Below are positions 58,601 to 64,000 of a stretch of DNA of 64,000 nt, piece after piece. The notes under the pieces are model-generated. The model made no database searches. It saw nothing but the letters and a program-made list of their open reading frames with translations, and was not told the origin of the DNA. Both the position numbers and the translations under genes were made by a program. The DNA is from Candidatus Latescibacterota bacterium. Its GTDB lineage: Bacteria > Latescibacterota > UBA2968 > UBA8231. The DNA lies in assembly GCA_965197905.1 (NCBI GenBank), contig CBDAOB010000005.1:768001-832000 (forward strand). Reading direction: 5' to 3'. The first letter of the stretch is position 1, and the number at the start of each line of letters is the position of its first letter.

Positions 58601-58680
58601 CGGATCAGTCTACACGCACGGTCCCGGATGGGGGAAGACTTGGGCTGCGGACGCAACCGCCAGTTTCGTGGAAAAGCCAC
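55666..58680 (-). CDS. Large (~1000 aa) exported, putative outer-membrane protein with acidic DxDxDG repeats (paralogue 3); start uncertain
   Basis: Colinear with 9211..12180; signal-like segment ending AGA-DV. The ORF-track start at 59028 overlaps the PhyH gene and is unlikely. Confidence 0.78.
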   Translation of the reverse strand: MAFPRNWRLRPQPKSSPIRDRACRLIRIVCLAVTISETAGADVSERLEEVTTARPFLRWTRPAYHNYAHQNITNSPGHMFPYVDTPKSRYDFMGNYLVTGYDLYRWEETRVLGQEYGSAIFKEFGLDESGGTWPNAFDYVVAGSDGYGRWGYNMIVGDALIARFTPLTLSKVNYNGARLDVSTPYLKITGLASRQERPKDRARLFNSAFETKTHFADDSTLLSGSRAQVDLGRLQIGLNWVNQHVYQSTQPGNSLKGRLKPDQPMTEYLLVRFTDDSPDDDTGGAVVRDVHLLIDGEVRRDLIPRVIGHTADPPVQVGFVSVVTGKFSPLPYNRLTASTGGTGFFNETFYRERDLPLYADYLTRIDHADGVDVSKMANAAGLETTYELHAPERELRADGENQLVYVFDLSAEPSVKSVEVDALLGNDYHVDVAMLYAVNQIATAHADRFNATYYHVVLRAEGNVRDLSNLRRVRFSVGENTGQFVYSADVQLVLSSLEIHGEYARSSLYSRYPARVGGQPAFDDAPRFNHRGAAYFLNAVHRFQRGLVGGELFSIDPGFQTEMRSYLHNETPLWLGMFSAVINSSMYWQLVEDNDDGDRDPDRQFGNPVAVSPDQVGTDLDGVWLNQDEDNDGGPDINRNLNRVPDYDEPFLMFDVEPNSYVYGLDRNNNNEPDPREDDGDVDYPYDYDQRGWHLFGQWQLTPRWSAGVGRYEVAEIAGGGRNRSTYGLLSYRREQRGRLQRLSFESGIRRVQDDIPDEIMTFDPDVGTRQGAYRQRGIFNAPATDSGFGLPVFTFVDFIPDLLFYRDSFVSDTYLEGRLRPWSKLEVVQKLRLRFNWQQGGRLYNGNFQRDRRLDFWTWVSRVQYPVYWGSLGLTPQYKFMILRSIDRERDVRLQSEYRSVPILRLEYPLLRRTSLAAGIQGLGPVPYRRKNHTDRRLSFEQRTFFGSLRNRSNYFGYELVTIVGFNKDRVSFDQISLKDRNVDLWSFYVRTVVGFTEFGRPL

Positions 58681-58918
58681 TGAATCCGTCTGAGTTTTTT
58701 GTGCCAAAGCCAATTGTCTCGGGTATTTGTACCCCAACCGACTCGAGGCAGACATCCACGACCTTTTCGACAGAGAGTGAAATTCCAACAGAATAACGCT
58801 AACGCTTGAGATCAGAGAAAGGAAAGATCGTCGAGGTAACCGGCGTGGGCGGCAATTGCCTGGGTTTGGTTGCATGGCACACCCCTGATGAGTAGAATAG
58901 TTCGGTCGAGAGGAGCCC

Positions 58919-59761
58919 ATGAACGTCGCCCAGATCGTCATGCACATGCAGATCGATGGGTTTTGCGTCATCCCGGGGGTCATCCCGAAGGATGAGGTGT
59001 CGCACGTGCTCGAAAGCATCGAGCGCACGACGAAGATGTTGGCCCCTGAGCGCTTCCCCGAAGATGGCGAGGAACCCAGTCAGTGGACCGATCCCGACTT
59101 TGTTAAGAGCGGAAAAGAAGCGCGGCCGCGAGGTTTACTCAACCACGACCAGTCGTTTGTCCCCTACCTTTGCGAACCGCGCCTGGCAGGCGCGCTCGAG
59201 GCGCTATTGGGTCCGCATTATCTGGCCCAGGACTGCGGTGTGGCGGTCAGTATCGGCCTCAGGCGGCGCGGGTTGCATTGTGACTGGCCTTACAATCAAA
59301 ACGGGGATATCTCCGGCAAACTCCTCAAGCAACTCCCTGAGATACCTGTCCTCATCAACACCCTGTGGATGCTGACGCCCTTTTCCGAAGAAAATGGTGC
59401 TACGGCCGTGGTCCCCGGCAGCCATCGATACGGAAAACCCTCCGGCGCCGCTGTTGACCGATTGGCGCGCTACCCGACGGAGTTGCAGGCAACAGGCGAG
59501 GCTGGCAGCGTGCTCATGCTCGATGGCCGCACCTGGCACAGCATCATGCCTAACAGCTCCGGCAGGCGGCGTTCCTGCCTGATATTGCGCTGGATCCCGT
59601 GGTGGTTCAATATGGGGCTCTGCTGTGAGGGATCGCTCGAGCGACAGCATTGGATTGACCTCGGCTACACTATGCGGACGGAGCCACTCGTCAAGCCCGA
59701 TGTCTACGACCGGCTACCATCCAATGTAAAGCAGTTTTACCGTCACTGGGTCGAGTCATAG
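58919..59761 (+). CDS. PhyH-family Fe(II)/2-oxoglutarate dioxygenase
   Basis: DGFCVIP, LHCDWP (HxD), NGATAVVPGSH and DGRTWH...N...RR. Confidence 0.88.
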   Translation: MNVAQIVMHMQIDGFCVIPGVIPKDEVSHVLESIERTTKMLAPERFPEDGEEPSQWTDPDFVKSGKEARPRGLLNHDQSFVPYLCEPRLAGALEALLGPHYLAQDCGVAVSIGLRRRGLHCDWPYNQNGDISGKLLKQLPEIPVLINTLWMLTPFSEENGATAVVPGSHRYGKPSGAAVDRLARYPTELQATGEAGSVLMLDGRTWHSIMPNSSGRRRSCLILRWIPWWFNMGLCCEGSLERQHWIDLGYTMRTEPLVKPDVYDRLPSNVKQFYRHWVES

Positions 59762-59808
59762 CCGGCAAGAGATTCGACGATCCACTCCATCATAAAGGTT
59801 GGCGAGAA

Positions 59809-60783
59809 TTGTCAAAAATACGCGTTGCACTTGTAGGAGCGGGCGGCAAAGGTCGCCAGCATATGGGGATAGTCAACAGCTTCGAAGAAGTTGAGATCGT
59901 TGCGGTCTGTGATCCGGTGGAGACTTTGCGCACGGCCGTGGCCGACGAATTTGAGGCAGTGGGGCGCTACCCCAGCATTGAGGAAATGCTGGACAATGAG
60001 GAACTCGATGCTGCCTTTGTAGCGACGCCGGCGCATATCAACGGACAGGCTGCATTGCCGTGTCTGACAGCGGGGGTCAATACCTTTGTAGAGAAGCCTC
60101 CCGGGCTGAGCCTGGAAGAGACCACAGCTCTGCGCGATGCCGCTATGCGCTCCGGCGTGCAGGGCATGGTGGGTTGGAATCGCCGTTTCCATCCCCAGAT
60201 TGTCCAGACGCGGCAGATGGTCGAGGAGCGCGGCCCCATAGTGCAATTGGTCGGCGAATTTCACAAGAGTATGACACGTCTGGAAAAACGTACCGACAGG
60301 TTTCCCGAACATCTGCTGGACAATTATATGTGGGAAAGCCCCATTCACTCCATAGATCTGGTGCGCTTCCTGGCGGGAGCAGAGGTGGTCGAAGTGCACA
60401 GCGTGGTTCGCCGCGCTCTGCACAAATACAAGGATGTGTACGGGGCTCTGGTCCTCTTTGAAAACGGCTGTGTGGGGCATTTTATGTTCAACTTGACCAC
60501 CTCGATGCGCCTGGAACGCTACGAGATCCACGGGCGCGATATTTCCGCGTATCTGGAAGGCGTAAGAGAGAGTATAGTGTATTGCGATGGAGAGCGTCAC
60601 GAAGTACTAAATAAGGAGGGCACGAGCGGTACCGAGGAGGAGGACCGCTATTTCATAGACTGCATTAGAGAGGGGCGTCCCATTTCTCTGCCGGGAGCCA
60701 ATCTGGATGAGGCGGTAAAAACCATGGAATTGGGAGAAAAGATCATGGCAGGATTTTTGGCCAAAGATGGACTGCCGGACTAG
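59809..60783 (+). CDS. Gfo/Idh/MocA family oxidoreductase
   Basis: IRVALVGAG, ATP, EKP, GWNRRF and IHSIDL. Confidence 0.9.
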   Translation: MSKIRVALVGAGGKGRQHMGIVNSFEEVEIVAVCDPVETLRTAVADEFEAVGRYPSIEEMLDNEELDAAFVATPAHINGQAALPCLTAGVNTFVEKPPGLSLEETTALRDAAMRSGVQGMVGWNRRFHPQIVQTRQMVEERGPIVQLVGEFHKSMTRLEKRTDRFPEHLLDNYMWESPIHSIDLVRFLAGAEVVEVHSVVRRALHKYKDVYGALVLFENGCVGHFMFNLTTSMRLERYEIHGRDISAYLEGVRESIVYCDGERHEVLNKEGTSGTEEEDRYFIDCIREGRPISLPGANLDEAVKTMELGEKIMAGFLAKDGLPD

Positions 60784-60787
60784 CGAT

Positions 60788-61543
60788 ATGACTGCGGAAC
60801 TGGACACCAGACGGCATCTTAAGCTCGAAGGCACCTTGAACACGCGGGACATCGGTGGATATGCCACCCGGGACGGGCGACAGACGCGCTGGGGACAATT
60901 CCTGCGCTCCGATTCTCTGCATCAACTGTCGGCCAAGGACCAGCAGGATCTCCTGGACTACGGCCTCCGGACCATCATCGACCTGAGAAGGAGCGGGGAG
61001 ATGCAGGACAAGCTCAACGTCTTCTTCGGTTCGGACAAGGTGACCTACTACCACCACAACATGGCCGGGGACATGGAGTTGCGCGAACGACAGGGCCTTC
61101 CCCCGATGGAAGAGGTCGAGAGGAAGCGCTGGGGATACTCGGTGGTGCTCGACAAGCGACAGTCTGAAGTGCGCGACACCCTGTGCACGCTGGCTGCCCC
61201 CGAGGCGCTGCCCGCGCTCGTCCACTGCGCCGGCGGCACCGACAGGACAGGTCTCATCGCCGCCCTCGTTCTCGGGATCGCCGGAGTATCTGCCGAGACC
61301 ATCGCGCAGGATTACGGCCTGACCGCTCGTTTCAACCTGCCCCGCTACCTCGAGGCCCATCCGGAGATCGATGCCGCCAACTACACTTGGCAGGACTTCC
61401 GGCGTGATGCCTGCAATCCCAACGTGATGCTCGCCGTGCTCCGGGACCTGGACGAACGCCACTGCGGCGTCGAGGGTTATGCCCTACATGCCGGCGTCAG
61501 TCAGGCTCAGATCGATTCCCTCCGCGACGCCCTCGTCGACTAG
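60788..61543 (+). CDS. Tyrosine-protein phosphatase family (Y_phosphatase3-like)
   Basis: NTRDIGGY, RSD, IIDLR, P-loop HCAGGTDRTG and DY. Confidence 0.88.
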   Translation: MTAELDTRRHLKLEGTLNTRDIGGYATRDGRQTRWGQFLRSDSLHQLSAKDQQDLLDYGLRTIIDLRRSGEMQDKLNVFFGSDKVTYYHHNMAGDMELRERQGLPPMEEVERKRWGYSVVLDKRQSEVRDTLCTLAAPEALPALVHCAGGTDRTGLIAALVLGIAGVSAETIAQDYGLTARFNLPRYLEAHPEIDAANYTWQDFRRDACNPNVMLAVLRDLDERHCGVEGYALHAGVSQAQIDSLRDALVD

Positions 61544-61692
61544 GGGCATCGCACCTCGAGAGCGGCAGGTGTCTCTGGTGCCGTCGATCATTGGATTGAT
61601 TCTCTGGCGTGCGGGTGCCGAGCGGTCATCCGGCCGTAGCCGGATTCGCGCTGCGCTTGGCTCGGTGCTCAGAGATTGTCCTGCGGATTCTC

Positions 61693-63693
61693 CTAAAGGG
61701 TTTGGAACGGTACGGGAATCTTGTCCCCGTGCCAAGGGAAGGCGTAGCTGGGGGCGTTGACAAAGCGTTTCAGGCCGGCCTCCACACGTATGGACGTGGA
61801 CGGCGGAAGCTCAATGGCGAAGTACTTCTCATTCACCGGCGCAACGGTCTCGCCGTCGCGGCCTTCCTCGTGGTAGCGGACCTGCGTGAACCGATGCTCG
61901 CCAAAAGCCCCCGCCTGCACGATGAGATTGCGCGTCTCGCTTCGATGGGTGTTGACGAGCTGAAAGCCCACGACCTCGGGCCCCAGCTCATCCACGAGAG
62001 CGGCCACGTCCCCAGGTAGTCCGGGACGAGCGCGATCCTGGTCGAAGTAGCGCACCGTGGCGCGCAGCAGTCCGCCGGTATAGATGGTCTGGGGTGCCCC
62101 CATCGTGACCTGGGTCAGCCCCTTGGTCACGACGGGCTGGTAGGGGAACTCGTTAGTCAGAATCATCTCGTGGGGGGTGCGCTCATCGAGCCGAATCCGC
62201 TCGTAGATCTCCAGGGCGTGCTGATATTCGGCGGTCAGGATCTTCTCGGGCCAGTCGGGATTCTTGCCATCGTAATACTGGAACCGGGCGAACTCGGTCT
62301 GCCCTCCGTTCTTCTCGCCCAGAACGGATCCGACCTCGTTCCAATCCCGCTCCACCTCGCCGTCGCGGACATGGGTGATCAACTCGTAATCCTCCCGGGA
62401 CATGGAAGCGTGGTAGAGGTGCATCATCTCCTGCCCGTTCATGGGGCCGGGAGGCGAGTAAGACCATTCTCCCATCGGAATGCCATCGTCTACGTAGGGT
62501 TCGATCGGCTCTCCCATCTCCCAGCCATCCAGGCCATACCGATAGGGCACAACGAACTGACCGTCTTCACGGCGGAACCCCTGATCGATTCGGACCTTGA
62601 GCTGCGAGCGCAGAAAATCCAGGTAGCTGCTGTCGCCGGTGAGCAGTTGGGCACACTCGACGCCGATGTTGATTCCGTTGTACATGATGCTGCAGCCTTT
62701 GAAGGAGGACCAGCCATACTGTCCTCCCCACCAGATACCCTCGCGTCCGCCGCCGATGACCCCGTTTGCATCGACGTTGTCCGGAACGATGCCGCCATTC
62801 AACTTAGTACGCTCCATCCAGGCCTCGGTGTAGTCCAAAACCCATTGTTTGTATTTCTCGTCCCCCGTGTAGAGATAGGCGTTGGTCACGAGGGCGGCCG
62901 CAGCCAGACTGCTGGGGGTGTCGCATTGCATGACCATCTTGTTGAACAGGTCAAGGATCTGCCGCCTGCGCTCGGGTTTCTCGAACCAGCGGGCCTCAAG
63001 GTGTTTGATGTGGGGGTAGAGACTCGCCCGCACGCCGTAGTAGTTGCCCGGGTCTCCCAGTCGGCGGCCACCCAGGAGCATCACGTTGGCCAAGATCGCA
63101 TCCCCCTCCAGCTTGGGTCCCTGACTGGAATGGAAGGGGGAGCGCAGGATCCGATGTTCGGGGTCCCAGTTGGGCGCTTCGGGATCTTCGCCGATGAACA
63201 TGGCGGCGAAGCGTTTGGCTCGGCGCACGTTCTCTGAGATGGTCGGATCGCCCAGACCCATGTGATAGAACGCCGTACCTCCTTCCCCGAGATGGTGCCA
63301 TTCCGCCCCCGCATCCAAGTTCCAGAACTCGTTGTGGATGGAGGGCATGTAGACCCTGATGAAATCTTCGTGCAGGTTGGGACGATGTTGAATACTCTCA
63401 TCGCTGATGCGGGTGGCGGCGTTCCACTGCTGAAGATGGAGGTCCAGCAGATCGTCGGCAGCGCCGATGGCGTAGAACAGACCGTAGTTGTAGAACTGCT
63501 CGTAGAGGTCGTCGAGATCCTCGGCGAGAAGGGTCCCGCCCCCGCGCTCGGTGTACTTCCTGGTGAACAGGCGGGCGGAGCGCTCCATCAGCTCGATCAG
63601 GTTCCGCTCGATGAGCGCCCACGCCGGCGCCGCCGAGACCTTCGTTGCTTTGATCTCAATCATTCCTGGAATTTCGACGGGTTTAGCGTACAT
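61693..63693 (-). CDS. Conserved ~666-aa protein of unknown function (paralogue 3)
   Basis: GGAGGAG RBS before MYAKPV; same motifs as 16529..18478 and 22719..24668. Confidence 0.8.
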   Translation of the reverse strand: MYAKPVEIPGMIEIKATKVSAAPAWALIERNLIELMERSARLFTRKYTERGGGTLLAEDLDDLYEQFYNYGLFYAIGAADDLLDLHLQQWNAATRISDESIQHRPNLHEDFIRVYMPSIHNEFWNLDAGAEWHHLGEGGTAFYHMGLGDPTISENVRRAKRFAAMFIGEDPEAPNWDPEHRILRSPFHSSQGPKLEGDAILANVMLLGGRRLGDPGNYYGVRASLYPHIKHLEARWFEKPERRRQILDLFNKMVMQCDTPSSLAAAALVTNAYLYTGDEKYKQWVLDYTEAWMERTKLNGGIVPDNVDANGVIGGGREGIWWGGQYGWSSFKGCSIMYNGINIGVECAQLLTGDSSYLDFLRSQLKVRIDQGFRREDGQFVVPYRYGLDGWEMGEPIEPYVDDGIPMGEWSYSPPGPMNGQEMMHLYHASMSREDYELITHVRDGEVERDWNEVGSVLGEKNGGQTEFARFQYYDGKNPDWPEKILTAEYQHALEIYERIRLDERTPHEMILTNEFPYQPVVTKGLTQVTMGAPQTIYTGGLLRATVRYFDQDRARPGLPGDVAALVDELGPEVVGFQLVNTHRSETRNLIVQAGAFGEHRFTQVRYHEEGRDGETVAPVNEKYFAIELPPSTSIRVEAGLKRFVNAPSYAFPWHGDKIPVPFQTL

Positions 63694-63811
63694 GAGTTGG
63701 GTCTCCTCCGGAAACACACGGCGTCGTGAGCCCAGACAACATGAGTCCTGCACTGGGTCTTGGTGACGCCGTGAATCGCGAATAGCGGATAAGTCTCATT
63801 GTGGTCGTTTT

Positions 63812-64000
63812 TCAGTTCTCGGCGTAGGCCGCCTCCCGCAGTCCCTTCACGTAGCCCACCGCGAACACCCGTGCCGAGAGGTATTCGTCGTCGTAGGCGT
63901 CGTCACCCATTATCGGGTAGTGATCCGGACGCAGCACACCCTCGTAGCCCACCTCGCGATACGCGCGCAGGCATTTCACAAGATCGGTCTGTCCATCGTC
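63812..64000 (-). CDS. uxuA: Mannonate dehydratase, C-terminal part (5' end outside the window)
   Basis: DDGQTDLVKCLRAYREVGYEGVLRPDHYP...ARVFAVGYVKGL is the characteristic UxuA C-terminus. Confidence 0.75.
   Translation of the reverse strand, partial: DDGQTDLVKCLRAYREVGYEGVLRPDHYPIMGDDAYDDEYLSARVFAVGYVKGLREAAYAEN

Noticed and set aside
58681..59028. Long N-terminal extension of large protein 3
   Set aside because: It overlaps the divergent PhyH gene and is absent from both paralogues.
1..64000. Many long antisense or alternative-frame ORFs (e.g. 3856..5079, 12242..13468, 31266..32765, 43550..44641, 54334..55527, 56161..57453)
   Set aside because: They overlap well-supported genes and lack recognisable motifs; they are the shadow ORFs expected in GC-rich coding DNA.
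1..64000. CRISPR arrays, tRNA/rRNA genes, transposases, integrases, phage genes
   Set aside because: I saw no regularly spaced repeats, RNA-gene signatures or recombinase/transposase motifs. The repeats present are paralogous coding sequences.

Overview
This 64 kb window is GC-rich bacterial DNA devoted to uptake and catabolism. I found no rRNA, tRNA, CRISPR array or transposase. It is dominated by expanded paralogue families: four DUF6785/DUF6784-like polytopic membrane proteins (two subtypes), three ~1000-aa exported proteins with DxDxDG acidic repeats and beta-strand-rich C-termini, two secreted proteins ending in a FlgD-Ig/T9SS-type-A-like YPNPFN domain, three ~650-aa proteins of unknown function, two RspA/ManD-like enolase-superfamily dehydratases, four PhyH-like dioxygenases and two BNR/sialidase-fold proteins. 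It also holds a PotABCD-type ABC transporter, a TPP E1alpha/E1beta pair with a lipoyl protein lacking a catalytic domain, a sulfatase, a threonine aldolase, an AtuA/DUF4387 pair, an M20 hydrolase, a Tat-exported Mo-oxidoreductase and a homocysteine S-methyltransferase fused to a SAM-methyltransferase. The repertoire resembles Ca. Latescibacterota/Poribacteria-like genomes (inference, not tested). The best candidate for an undescribed system is a recurring three-part module: surface Ig/CTD protein + large putative outer-membrane protein + DUF6785-like inner-membrane transporter, possibly analogous to SusCD-type uptake. The two CTD genes share a conserved upstream Shine-Dalgarno-like element and a covarying terminator. 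Gene erosion is heavy: genes collapsed by internal deletions, a ~55-bp inversion inside an SDR gene, and several small frameshifts, some of which may be sequencing errors. All family assignments come from motif recognition by eye; no database search was run.
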